DNA of 64,000 nucleotides, from NCBI GenBank assembly GCA_000708835.1, contig DF237028.1:1-64000 (forward strand), read 5' to 3'. This document shows, piece by piece, positions 1 through 12,948 of the stretch; the stretch's first letter is position 1, and each line of letters begins with the position of its first letter. The stretch comes from Klebsormidium nitens. Lineage: Eukaryota > Plantae > Klebsormidiophyceae. The notes beneath the pieces are model-generated. The model did no database searches. It worked only from the letters and a program-made list of their open reading frames with translations, and was not told the DNA's origin. Position numbers and translations under genes: made by a program.

Positions 1-1931
1 ACTATTGCATACTAGCGGGTTCTTAAAAGTGACGACCCATCAGTGGACCTGATAAAACCATTATCCCTTAAATGTTGCTGACATTTGAACCGCTCAACCG
101 ATGTATACCGTTGGTCTTTTTGAGGTGAACATGGCCATTTTTTTCCGGGATCAGAAATGTGACATCTGGTCGGCGATTGCGTGCAATAAATCGAATCGGC
201 AAGCGCGCTCAGTCGCTTTAGCTCAGACTCCATCGTTTGCGCCGGGTCGATTTGACACACTTTACGTTGTTGCTTGTTTCCACCTCTTTCATTACCGGCC
301 TTTCGTAGCTAAGGTATGATGGCGTCGATACTCTCCAATACAAGAGCTTTCGACAATGCGGTCCCTACCCGAAGGCCGAAATTCAAGTTTTACACCATAC
401 TTACCTGATTGTACCTGACCGGACCATGGATGATACAATCTTATATAATCAGTGCTTCTCTTAGGAATGATATGTCATTGTACCTCTGATTGTGTTCTGG
501 GCGTATAATGTTCACTTATGTGAGATTTCGAGACAAAAAGTCAATTCTTTGCTTGTAATTAGAGCAGATTTATCCGTTCGATGACTATTGCCGCTTTCAT
601 CAGAAGCTTCAAGCCGCCCGATCATGAAAGATCAGTGAATAAGAAGCAAAATAAACCTTTCCCGGTTGTGAAATAAGCTCTGCACATACAATTATAACAC
701 AATTCGAAATCTGCTCCGCTATGGATGATATACAATCAATACCATCGACCGGCTCGCCAAGTATTGTACAATATACAGTCCGGTGACTATGTTTCTGAGT
801 TGCTGTTGCATATTGGCTGGTTCCCCCCCCCCCGATTTTGATCGATCTTGTACCATCATTAAAGTCGAATTCCCCAGCAGTCGATGTCATTTTGGACTTC
901 TCGAGATTGCGCTATCTGATCGTTCAATTGGAGTGGGTGACATGCATATCCTACGCCCACTTTATTAGTTTCATGGATCGTTATATCCGGCCCCAATATA
1001 CAACATCCGAGGTAATTGACACCAATAAGGGACCACGTTGTAGATTTGAAGACTGAATCCGAATCATGCGTTGCCAAGGTTTTTGCCCTTTCCTAACCGA
1101 CACTATGGTTTTCAAGTCTAAAGGCTTTTCAAAGCGCCCTTTGTCTCTACCTGTAAGCCCTAAGGTGTAGTAACAGATCGTGAAAAGCACCGTAATGCCC
1201 GATACAACAGGCAAATCGACAAAGGATGGAAGACGGGATAGCAATATTACAATATCGAAATTAGAGATCGAAGAAGGGAAGAGGAAGCATAACGAAACCC
1301 CGGCTAATCTTATGCCAATGGTTTGAATCCCTTTGAATGATGTGAACTCAGTTTGATGCGCTATGTTTGATGCCGCTGTCCCAGCCTGGGCAAAATGCAC
1401 TGTTCAGTCACGTTGTAAGACCATTAATATAACCGACAGAGTCAGAGCACCGTAGCCGCTTTTGCCGTTCTAGTTTTGAAAAAGATCTTCCAATGACAAT
1501 AAGCCACATGTCAATAAATAATAAACTTGCAGTGGAACACCGCGCCCGCGATTTTCAAAAGGTTTTATAAAGAACATTGAGCAAACGGCGCCACTTTATA
1601 GTGCCCCCCGCGTATAGCACTGATGCAACTTCAACCCAGTCGGACGGTCAGATTTACGCGCAGTGCAAAAATTATCGAATTTCAATGAATGTCGGAGAAT
1701 TCAATGTAATAAAGCGGTGCGGGACCTTTCAGGTGCCAGCCAATATGCCGTACCAACCGAAATTAGGCCCTTCAGGCAGGCACCGAATGCTGTTCAGAGG
1801 TCCGGTACCAAAGAGTCCGCCCGCGAATCCTAGGGGTCTACATCGTCATACGTCAGCTGCAAAGGGCCACAAAGAAAGGGGCGAAACAAGCTCACGAATG
1901 TCAAAGTCAATCGAATCAAATCCTGAACGAC
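1..1931. other. Relatively AT-rich, degenerate non-genic segment, probably a transposon or pseudogene remnant
   Basis: Lower GC than the exons. The same register is semi-open on both strands (609-1400) but broken by stops. No recognisable domain. Confidence 0.3.
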
Positions 1932-2890
1932 NNNNNNNNNNNNNNNNNNNNNNNNNNNNNNNNNNNNNNNNNNNNNNNNNNNNNNNNNNNNNNNNNNNNN
2001 NNNNNNNNNNNNNNNNNNNNNNNNNNNNNNNNNNNNNNNNNNNNNNNNNNNNNNNNNNNNNNNNNNNNNNNNNNNNNNNNNNNNNNNNNNNNNNNNNNNN
2101 NNNNNNNNNNNNNNNNNNNNNNNNNNNNNNNNNNNNNNNNNNNNNNNNNNNNNNNNNNNNNNNNNNNNNNNNNNNNNNNNNNNNNNNNNNNNNNNNNNNN
2201 NNNNNNNNNNNNNNNNNNNNNNNNNNNNNNNNNNNNNNNNNNNNNNNNNNNNNNNNNNNNNNNNNNNNNNNNNNNNNNNNNNNNNNNNNNNNNNNNNNNN
2301 NNNNNNNNNNNNNNNNNNNNNNNNNNNNNNNNNNNNNNNNNNNNNNNNNNNNNNNNNNNNNNNNNNNNNNNNNNNNNNNNNNNNNNNNNNNNNNNNNNNN
2401 NNNNNNNNNNNNNNNNNNNNNNNNNNNNNNNNNNNNNNNNNNNNNNNNNNNNNNNNNNNNNNNNNNNNNNNNNNNNNNNNNNNNNNNNNNNNNNNNNNNN
2501 NNNNNNNNNNNNNNNNNNNNNNNNNNNNNNNNNNNNNNNNNNNNNNNNNNNNNNNNNNNNNNNNNNNNNNNNNNNNNNNNNNNNNNNNNNNNNNNNNNNN
2601 NNNNNNNNNNNNNNNNNNNNNNNNNNNNNNNNNNNNNNNNNNNNNNNNNNNNNNNNNNNNNNNNNNNNNNNNNNNNNNNNNNNNNNNNNNNNNNNNNNNN
2701 NNNNNNNNNNNNNNNNNNNNNNNNNNNNNNNNNNNNNNNNNNNNNNNNNNNNNNNNNNNNNNNNNNNNNNNNNNNNNNNNNNNNNNNNNNNNNNNNNNNN
2801 NNNNNNNNNNNNNNNNNNNNNNNNNNNNNNNNNNNNNNNNNNNNNNNNNNNNNNNNNNNNNNNNNNNNNNNNNNNNNNNNNNNNNNNNNN
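1932..2890. other. Assembly gap (959 N)
   Basis: Run of N seen directly. Confidence 1.
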
Positions 2891-3330
2891 CCGCGCTTTT
2901 TCATAAGTGTACCGTGAATGTAGTAGTCGGACACTCAAGGCATGCGATATCATGCCACTGTGGGCGAGTTGAAAAGTCGTAGAGCCGGATGTCAATATTC
3001 AGAAAGTTAAAAGCTACCGGCCGGCCGGCTGAGCGCAAATTTAAGAGCTACCGGCGTCAATAGCGCTACAGAAAATTACATGAGGGTTCTATAGCGCGCT
3101 CCATCGTCGCGTAGCGTTCTCCAGCGGAGCCAGATTTGGCCTTCCGCTAGCCCATCCGAGATCGATTCTGGACGGTCTTCGTCTCGTAGCGCACGTAGCG
3201 CAAGCTTTGGACATCGACCAGCTCACCGCCGAGCTACCGCAGAGGCCTTCCTACCGATTTCTTTAATCCACGCTACAATCTGCTTCCGGGCGCGCTACAT
3301 TGAACGCTACCTAAATCTCCCATGTAGAAT
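2891..3330. mobile_element. Probable subterminal region of a DNA transposon next to the gap
   Basis: About 10 copies of a GCTAC/GTAGC core (gcgctac, gtagcgc, gagctacc) in both orientations within 300 bp; non-coding. Confidence 0.35.
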
Positions 3331-3492
3331 TCCTAGTTGGTTGCAAAAAGTACTTCTATATCCCGACGCCCACTTGAAACTCCGAGGGAACAGACCGAAA
3401 AATGGATGAACCTGTTGCGGCCTCATTGGCATCGTCGGACAATGCAATTGAAGGAGTCGGCAAAAGGTTTGAAGCTCCTGCCAAAAGAAGAC

Positions 3493-3566
3493 TGACCGCG
3501 ACGGGAATCGAACCCGCGACCTTTGGATCCGAAGTCCAATGTGCTAATCCACTACACCACGAGGCC
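3493..3566 (-). tRNA. tRNA-Arg(UCG)
   Basis: Minus strand reads GGCCTCGTGGTGTAGTGGATTAGCACATTGGACTTCGGATCCAAAGGTCGCGGGTTCGATTCCCGTCGCGGTCA. It folds as a cloverleaf with anticodon stem TTGGA/TCCAA, loop CT-TCG-GA and T-loop TTCGATT. There is one acceptor-stem mismatch and a TTTT Pol III terminator just downstream. Confidence 0.95.
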
Positions 3567-3654
3567 ATGGTCTAGCATTAGCCTTTCGCCAGAGTAAATT
3601 GTATATCATAATTAGCGCCAGCGACCAACCACTATAACATCATCCTACGTGGTC

Positions 3655-3736
3655 GCCGAGGGCTTCGCCCTCGGCACACCTAACCCGCCCATATTTCTCA
3701 CTTAGAAGCGGCCGGGGACGGCGGTCCCCGGGCCGC
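3655..3736. repeat. Pair of GC-rich hairpins
   Basis: GCCGAGGGC-ttc-GCCCTCGGC (3655-3675) and GCGGCCGGGGAC-ggcg-GTCCCC(g)GGCCGC (3708-3736). Confidence 0.8.
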
Positions 3737-4032
3737 CGAGCCCTCTCTCCTCAGAAATGAATTGAACAGGTCTGTCATTTTGAGACTGAAGTCAATCCTA
3801 GCTGCAACTTTCAAGTTCCAATGCCATTGCCAAGCGATGTCACTGTCAGGGCCACCTGGAGGCGGCCTGCTCTCTCGTCACAAGCCAATGGTGGGTAAGA
3901 ACGGCACACTGGGGACTGCGGCTTCGTAGCTAGCCAAGATATTATAGGTGCCATTTCTAAGTGAGTTGGAGCAATTCTAGGTGCAGCGGAAGGGAAGGCA
4001 GCTCGCTGCCACCGTGCAGTGCATTGGGAAGC

Positions 4033-7000
4033 ATGGTGGCTGCCGCTGCAGCATTGCGGAGCAGCGTGCACCCCTGGCTGACCGCCCCCTCCGCGCCTGC
4101 TAGCGGCTGCAGCTCTGGCAGGCCAGCATTAGGCCGAGCATCAAAGTCTGCATGTTCCAGCTGGATAAAGGATGGGGCGGCCAGGTGGCGGTCACAGGCG
4201 CTGGGCACGGCGATGGGGCGCCACCGCAGTCGGAGCATGGTGCGCGTCAGCATGGTGGCCACGCCATGGCCAGGCCTGGGCAGGAGGTGCGCACGAGCTC
4301 GGTGGCATTTGGCCTCATGGCAGAGCTTTGCCAGTCTGGACACGGCTGGAAAATCACCTTATGGCCTCCTGTGAAAACTGACGGTTCTATCCTATTAAAT
4401 GTTATCAAGGTTGGATTCAGATATGTGTTCGGCAAGTGTGATCTGTATTGGCAAGAGTATTGGGGAGCTCAAATGACTGAATTTGTTGCAGTGGTGGTCG
4501 AGCAAAGCAGGTTTGACATTGCTATGATGGTGGTGGTGCCATCGCCATCTCATGGACGTTGTATGGGAGCCAGCAAAGGGGCTCACCATATCGAGGCAGG
4601 GCTGACCTGTCAATATAGGTGACTCAATGTCAAAAGCACACGGGGCGCCCTTCCTCAGCCTGCAGCCCCATCCCCCTAGAACTCTTCCCTTCATGTAACA
4701 AGTGGTGGCAAACAGCTCTAACTGCGGTGGTGCCCCTCCCTTGTTCAGGCGCCATAATGAGGACTGGCTGTTTGACCCGCTGGGGCTAGGCCCAGCAGGG
4801 CGGCCGGCCTTTGAAAGAGATGTTGCGGGCCACTCAGAGGAGGACGGCCTGCTGGCCCCCCTCCTGCGGCTGGTGGGGGGCAGGGGCCCCAACCGGCCCG
4901 CTCCGGAGGGCGCCAGTCCACGCACAGGGGCGCCCCGAGGGGGAAAGGGACCTGAGGACACCAGTATTGGCTTTGAGGACTTTTTCAAAGGTTGGGGACA
5001 TCGTTGGAACTCAACGCTGAGCGTGCTCTGAGAACCACCTAATGCCCTCAACGGCAAGTCCTTTGACTGCTGTATGTTTCCCCTCTTTCTTGTGAGCATC
5101 TCGTCCACCAAGCGAGGATCTGCACAGGTGTCACAGTGGTGGCTGCTGGCGTGCAGGCAAGCTGCCTGGCAAGCTGCTGGAGCTGCTGCTGCTGCTGGCG
5201 CTCTCGCGTGTGGGCGTCTACCTGCCGCTGCCGGGGGTCGACGTGGCCGCCTTCGCCGGCAGCATCGACCAGGTCAGGGCCGCAATGCAGCCTGCCTCGA
5301 GGCTTGTTTACATGCATGGGATCAGCTGACCAGATAGGGTAGAGGCTGTGCAATAAAGGCAGACTTTCTGGAGTCCCGTCATTGCTCAACCCTTTCGCCC
5401 AATGTTTTGGATCTCAAGACTTCTTGTTGCACCCAGTCTTCGCCCTTGTGATGGGAAGCCTCACCGACGGCGGTGCATTTGGTTTGCAGGAGGGCGTCCT
5501 GGGGCTGATCAACACGCTGTCCGGCGGTGGCATTGCGCGCGTGGGCGTGTTCTCGCTGGGCATCGTGCCGTACATCAACGCGCAGATCATCATCCAGCTG
5601 GCCACCACCGTGTTTCCCAAGCTGGGCGACCTGCAGAAGAAGGAGGGCGAGGCCGGCCGCAAGAAGATCCAAAACTACACGCGCTACGCCGCGCTCGGCC
5701 TGGCCCTCGCGCAGGTACCTACCCGCCACCGGCCGTGCTCTGCGAAGGCCTGTTGACGATGCGCTAGAGACATGTTTGCGGACTTCCGAAGGTGTTATAC
5801 ATGTATGATTGGAGTCGTTGGCCTCCTTCGGGGCCGACAGTCCTCTTCAGAACAGAGTAAGAATATCAAGCTCATCCGACCATCCTGGCCCCCTGTCTGG
5901 TTGCAGGCGGTGTCGCAGGTGCTGTTCCTGAAGCCGTACGCGTACCAGTTCGACTCGGGCTTCTTTGGCGCGAGCGTGCTGGTGCTGACGGCTGGCGCGA
6001 TGATCGAGGTGTTCATCGCGGACTGCCTGGGCGAGCTCAAGCTGGGCAGCGGCACGAGCCTGCTCATCTTCACCAACATCGTCTCGTACCTACCCGCCTC
6101 CATCGGCCGCACCGCCGCCGATGCCGCCAAGACCGCCAACTGGGGCGGCCTGGCCGCCATCCTGGCCACCTTCGTGCTGCTCATCGGGGGGATCATCTAC
6201 GTGCAGGTCAGACAGGCACGAACGCACGCATTCCAGACGGATGCGCAGGTTCAAAGCGCGAGCTGCTCGTAAGGGAGTTGCTGTGTGTGGTGACACGAAA
6301 GCTCGAATAGCTCTTTCCGCAAAAAGTGGTTTCTCGCCCGCAAGTCGACTGTTGTTGGCTTTGTCTTTGGTTCTCCTCTGCATGCTCGGCTGCAGCGCTC
6401 CTCTAAACTGCGTTCCTGTTCTGACTTTTGGTGTCGCCCCCTCAGGAGGCGGAGCGGCGCATCCCCATCAACTACGCGTCGCAGTACCGCGCCGGTCGTC
6501 TCTCCACCAAGAGCTACCTGCCCTTCAAGGTAACCACTGCGTCCCTACGACCGGGCACTCTCCTCCCGCTCTCGTCCCTCCTCGAAGCCACTTCCTTGCA
6601 CGCCGTCCCTTACTTCCCCTTCCCCGCAGGTGTCAATCGATGCATGCGGTGTCCCGTTTGTGCGCAGGTGAACGCGACGGGCGTGATGCCGGTCATCTTC
6701 GCGTCGTCGCTGCTGGTGGCCCCCTCCTCGCTCGCGCGCTTCACTGATGCCGAGTTCCTCAAGACCCTCGCCGTCGCCCTCTACCCAGGAGGTGCGCCGC
6801 GCTGCCCCACAGCCTCTCGTCCGTGTTGCGCATCATCTCGTTCGATTTGGGAGCCCAAGAAGACTGCACATTTGAAAGGGGGTTTTTTGTTCGATGACTT
6901 CTGCTCGCAGTCGACACTCAGCACCATGCAGGCACTTCTTTCGAAGTCGCCCTCGCAGGTTGAGTACCGTATGAGAAGCTACTGCCGCCTTTCAGCGGCA

Positions 7001-7777
7001 TAAGGGCCCCCTCTCGTGGCTGCGTTTGCTCTTCCTGCTTGTCCCGCAAGCTGGGCCTCAGCCCCCCCTACTGCCGTCGCTGAGTGGCACACGTGCGGCG
7101 TCGTGCAGGCCCGCTGTACTTGCCGACCAACGTGGCGCTGATCGGCTTCTTCAACTACTTTTACACGTTCGTGCAAATGGACCCCACCGAGGTGGGCGAC
7201 AACCTGAAGAAGGCCGGCGCCAGCATCCCCAACACGCGGCCCGGCAAGGCCACCGCCGCCTTCATCGAAACCGTGAGCGCAGCCGGCACTCGCTCGGGGT
7301 AAAGACTGGCGGTGTGTGCAGCCAGCCTGAGTGCAGGGGCAAGTGCCGCCGTCTTCCGCCGCAACAGGTGCACAGGTTTTTATGTAGGTGCTCCAGCCGT
7401 ATAAGCGACGCCGTATCACTAACGATGTCGCTGGAGCGGTTCCCTTGGGAAGGTGGGACCTACGATGCGTTGAGCATGGGCCTGATTTTGGCTTGTGCCT
7501 GACTTGCTAGCTTCTTCTGGTTGAGCGTGGCGGGCCTGACGTGGTCGTATGTGGTGGGCCGCAGGTGTTGACGCGCATGTCCATATTGGGGTCCGTGTTT
7601 CTGGGCGTGCTCGCCGTGGCCCCTGAGGTGGCGGAGAATACGACGCACCTGACGGCGTTCCGCGGCTTTGCGGGCACGAGCGTGCTCATCCTGGTGGGCG
7701 TCGCCACCGACAGCGCGCGCAAGATCCAAGCCGAGCTCGTCTCGCAAAAGTACCTCACCTCCGAGCCGGACACGTAG
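4033..7777 (+). CDS. SCY1: Plastid preprotein translocase subunit SecY1 (multi-exon)
   Basis: Transit-peptide-like exon 1, then FDPLGL, DFFKGKLPGKLL...LSRVGVYLPLPGVD, GVFSLGIVPYINAQII, GSGTSLLIFTNI, RRIPINYA, YLPFKVNATGVMPVIFASS, LKKAGASIPNTRPGKAT and GTSVLILVGVA. About 10 exons with GT-AG junctions in consistent phase; stop at 7775-7777. Confidence 0.95.
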
Positions 7778-9148
7778 CGCCAGCCCAGCGGACGCCCGGG
7801 CTTGGGGCCGCGAGTGCCGTCAAGCTTGGGCTAATAGTCTGCTTGTTTCCTGGGGGCGATTGGGCGTTCCAACGGGGACTTTGCCAACTCTGCAGTTTGA
7901 CTTGAAGCAATGTGGCAATGGTGATGTGCGGATTGCACGAGTGGCTATAGACCGACGAGTGGCTCGTCGACATGGTGCTTTCGCAGCTTACAGAGCCACT
8001 CGAACTTGATCGATCCAAGCGGCTTGTGCAACACTGTTGTGGTCTGAACAGATCCACTACACGGTCGTGTATAGCTTTTCGATAGTTGCATACTATGATG
8101 CAGAGGCAGTCGGCTGAGGTTGTCCATGTGATGTCATGTCGCTCATGGGGGCCTCTCGATGGCTCAGATTTCCTGCTGATTGTCTTTGTAAGCCCGTGCA
8201 TGAGTCGAGTTCTGTACGTTTCGATGAATTGCCTTTGAAGGCTCGTGACTGCCTGCGGGATGTGACATCAATCTCTTGGACAGTCGGCATTGTTCCCAAC
8301 GACGTTGTAAGACAGGCATGCGCGCTCGACGTCGGATGTACGATTCCGACAATAGACTCGTGGGCAACCGGAAGTTCATGCACTGAATATGCCCAATTGC
8401 GCTTTCAAGCGATCGGCTTCGCCCGCGATTCCGACCATGCATGGAAGCACGTCCAATGATGCCATTTAAATGATCCGGGAGCACCCGGCATCCGACCTCA
8501 TGCGGCGGCCGTTGCGCAAGCACATGGGAACTGTACCGTCTGTACGAGCATGAATGTCAATCATTGAGCTGTGCAGGAGCTGCTCATGATCATGTGCATC
8601 CTGGATCGAGAATATCTCATCACTGCGCAGTGCGAAGCTTGAAGAGGCACGTACGCAATTCCCCGTGTGGCTCATACATCAACGATAAGCCTGTGACTGC
8701 AGCACGGTTGAACATATAAATACATGCTGAATTGACGAGGCAGCATCGAACTATTCACTCGTCCACCAGTAAGTCAAAGTCACTGCCTTATGACAAAAAC
8801 AAAATGGCGCTATATTTTAGGTTCTACAGCTTTTCAATGCGCCACAGGAAGCTCAAATATACGCTGGCGCTCTGTGCTTTGAAAAGTGTCACTTTCTGCA
8901 GTTCAGAGACATTGCCCGTTGTCGTAGGACCACATTGAACCCTGATCTCCACATACATTCGGAAGAACTCAACTCTTGTGCGGGCCCGTTGTTATGACGA
9001 GAAGGGCCTTTCTATATTACCTTCAAGGAGCCAGGCTTGACTGGGGCGAGGCGGGCACCTCTTTGGCGTCAACGCGAGCGGTGGAGGGTGACAGCGGCAG
9101 CTGGTGCGGGGGGGGGCCGAGCCGCCGTCACGAGCTGCCCAGTAATTG

Positions 9149-12100
9149 TCAATCTTGGTGCCGCCGGGGGAGGACCGCGGTGGGCTCGGCCTGGGAGTAG
9201 CGCAGGAAGAAGACCATGATAGCCGCCAGCAGCGCCAGCCCGCCGCACGTCACCCCCACCGACAGCGCCGTCACGTGGCCCGACGCCACCGCCAGCACCA
9301 GCGCCCGCAGCGCCAGGCCCCACACCAGCAACGACCAGGCGCACGTGATCTGGACCAAGCATGCAGATACGAGGCAGTTAATGGCACCGTGCGGACATGT
9401 CGGAAGCCGAGGGCTGTGCCAAGTTTGACCACAGTCTGCAGCTGAGAAGTGGTGCGCGACCTTCCCGCGGGGCTCAGGCGACAGAGTGGTGTGTCTGTGT
9501 GAGCGCGCTCACCAGCAGCGAGTTGCGCGGCCGCGGCTGCGGCTTGTACAGCTCCTCCGGGAAGGTGCCGACCCGCTCGTGCTCCGCCAGCATCTTGTCC
9601 TGCACCAAGAGACGGCCGCCCACTGGTCACGCCGCAGGCTTCGCACCAGCCCTGCGCTTCTTTCAGTGCATCTATCCATCTCCTGAGAGGAGGTCATGGC
9701 GAGAAGACAGAAATACAAAGTCGGCAACCCGGCCAGTGTCCTGCTGTCTGGGCTCGGGCAGCTGATGTGAGCACATGACCATCGGCCGCCATTTCTTGCG
9801 GTTTGGTAGCGGCCCTGAAGGGGAGGGGCTGTGGAGGTACCTTGGCTATGAAGACGTCGCGGCACCATTCGGCGACCCCCTCGTCGTCTTCCGGCAGGGC
9901 GCCAATGTCGTACCGCTGCAGGCGCACGTGGATCTGCACCCCACACGACACCCGCCACATGGTCAGCGCACTGCCTGATCGCCGCCCCTCTCAGTTGCTA
10001 GCAGGCTGCTCAGCATAAGGCTTCTCCGGACTCAAACATAACGTCTCGCTCAGGCAAACGTTCCAGATACGCAGGCAGAGCAGACCACGCTGGCGACAAA
10101 GCCAACGAGGCGGGGTGGGAGCGGGGCGAGAGGGCTGACCTCGCCGCCGCGCCCCTGGAAGAGGCCGGCCATGGACATGGGGAAACCCACCGGGGCGAAC
10201 GTGATGTCGTAGACGGCCTTCACCTCGTGGCGCATGTGATGCACCGCCGTCACAAAGCCCTGCACCGCAGCAATACAATTGTCTGATTTCACTTCCTGAA
10301 AGCTCTTCGGACGGCATCCATATAAGAGCAGATCAAAAGCAGAAACACAAGCAGCATAAGAAGCTGGGATCTACTACCGCTTTTAAGATCTGGTTAGGAC
10401 GGCTGAACCACCTTGGTTTTGGGCACGAGGGTGTGTTGAGGCACGGGGAGGCCCTTGGAGGCGGCAAACTCCTGCGCCGCGCGCAGCTTGGCCTGCGTGA
10501 AGCGGGTGCCCTCCACGAACAGGCACAGCCAGGAAGGGCGCGGATACGAGGCCAGCTGCGAAAAACCCTTCTGCACAGCGCAGCACAGTGCAACACAGGG
10601 TCAGGCGGCGAAAAAGAGTACACGCCGATTGCAGGTATCTGACCCACAATCTGCAAACAGTAAACGGGCAGAACAAGCAAAAGGCACGAGTTCAAGCTCC
10701 AGAGCGAGCCCCTTTTTGGTCTGATTCCCCCAGTCTACGAGAGCGGCCGCGTACTTCGAGGATTGCCTGGTCCACGGCCCAGTTGCGCGCCAGGAAGATG
10801 TACTCCTGGAACCACATGGACCACCCAAACACCTGCACGCAGCAACGCCGTATCAGACTCACATCAGCATTTCATGGAAATTGCAAAGAGGACAATCCGC
10901 TTTCATAATCGGCATCCTTACAAACTAGAGGGGGCAGGCGAAGTTCGGATTGCCTGAGTCAGTGGGGCTTTGCCATGGAGAGGGAGCTCGAGGAGGGTGA
11001 AGCTCACTGGGAGTAGGCGTGACGATTTCTTCATGACGGCTTTGGCGCCCGCCAGGCAGCCCACCCGCTGCACACGCCCCACCACAGGCTGTCAGCGAAC
11101 TGGGGCGTCGGGATGGGGCAGTCAGCACGAGAGCCAAGCCAGCGGAATGCCAGTACGAAAAACGTGGACCCGAGGAAGGTGAGAAGAGACACTGCAGGGC
11201 AAAAGCAGGGTGGAAGCGCTCACGTTGGCCATGCCCCAGCCGACGAGCCAATCGACGTCACTGCGGTGGTTGCACACAACAATGGCCGCCTCCTTGCCTG
11301 CACGCACCGCCACTTGTCAGACGCCATCACAGGTAGAGCAGGTAGACGGGCGACCAGGCAGAGGGCAGCAAGGGCCACTCTGGACAAGCCCCACAGCTTC
11401 TGACCGCGCCGAGAAGGGACAATGACGCGCAGGGTGCAAGAGAAGGTGCCTCACCCATCTTGTCAAGAGTCTCGGGCTCCACGAACAGCTTGGGCTGCAC
11501 GCAGACACGCGAGCAGCCAGTCAGATGGGGCAGTCCGCTACACAGAATGCAGGAGCCTCTCTTGGTGCTTGTTCAAGGGCAGTCTGCAGACTCCTGGGGA
11601 CCAGCTCGAAGCCAATGTGCACCACTAGAACAATGAAAAGCCATTGCTTGATGATGCAGCTAGCACGCGTCACGGGCTTCCAGAAGGTCGGCTCCAGTTG
11701 CAGTGGGAATGTCCCGTCCTGCCTGTCTGGGGTGGCAGCGAGCGGCTCACCTTCATGCCGCCCCACCAGTCGGCAATGAAGACGACCTGGGCCCAGAGGA
11801 GCAGGCTGAGGTAGTAGTTGACATGGCGGTACAGGCGCCGCGAGCAGGGCCAGATGAGCAGCAGGGTCACCAGCTGCACACACACGCAGCGCATGAGCAT
11901 CACGGCAGGGGCACAACACTGCAGCTTGCCGTTTCACTTTCCTAAGATGCAGATGCTACCACGAAATTGTCCAGAGGGCTGCATCCAAGCGAAGGGATGC
12001 GGGCCACAGATCTGAGCTGAAAGGAGCTCTCCGCGAGGCAGCATTGCAACGAAACAACCAATTGTCGTGTTGAGCACACACAATCAAATTAGCCTTAACA

Positions 12101-12438
12101 AAGCATCAGAGCTCCCCGCAGGACTTGCAACGAAGGTGATCAGAGCATGCCACACAGGACTACCGTTTCAACCCACAGAGAAGAACATCTGACTATGCGA
12201 GTTTCGGATTCAGCCCTGTGATTGCACAAGTGACATTCTTCCCAGCACCAGCTATGACTGGGCTGCCTCTTCAAACGTTTGTCTACCCCTCTTCCTTATG
12301 CGAGTGACTGCACGTGCTAAATGTCATTCCCCACTTTCCGTGCGGTGTTGTGCGGTTTACCTGCACTGCATTGATGAGCAACCCGCTTGCAAAGAACACC
12401 AGGCCAAATGGCAGCACAATGGCAATGCCCAGCCCCAT
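9149..12438 (-). CDS. LPAT2: 1-acyl-sn-glycerol-3-phosphate acyltransferase, plant ER LPAT2 type (multi-exon)
   Basis: Starts [26 protein letters not shown]. Motifs NHRSDVDW (HX4D), [32 protein letters not shown] and AVYDIT. Ends with TM segments and [16 protein letters not shown]. Confidence 0.95.
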
Positions 12439-12948
12439 GCCTCGCTCCACCGCGCAGCCAGCTGGGGGACACCCAGGGCGGGGATGCGCCCCGCAGTACT
12501 AGAGATGCCGAAGTCTTCCTTACCCTGCCCACAGCCAATGCTGCACAACAGTTCGGCGCGACTGAACGCTCAACAAACTTTGCTTCTTGAATCTGAAAAT
12601 GCAATCTCTGCCAGTGCCCTTGCAAGTTGCATTGGCGTGGTGGTCATGCAGAACTTGGATTCGGGAGAGAAGCGAATGAAGCACCCCATCCTGGACATGG
12701 GCCCTCAAAATCCAATCGTGGCCGTCCAGATTTGTTATCGGGCGGGTATCACGAGCAATTGCAGCATGTCCCTTTGCATGGGGGTTACGATCATATAAAT
12801 TGACGTCCACCGTCCACGGTCATTACACTCCTGATGTCACTCTGCAAAACCTTTCTCGATTGGTGCCTGCATTGTAGCCTGAGGCTGAAGAAGTTGTAGC
12901 GCTGCGCCCGCCAGCTGTTCGTGCTGCCGTCTTGGTCTCGGGGACGAG

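Noticed and set aside
1577-2995. Three long ORFs (446, 362 and 359 aa) in the ORF track
   Set aside because: Artefacts of reading through the N gap.
7954-8700. F-box-like phrase DEWLVDMVLSQL and other protein-like fragments after SCY1
   Set aside because: Preceded and interrupted by stops, with no consistent frame or splice structure; too weak to call.
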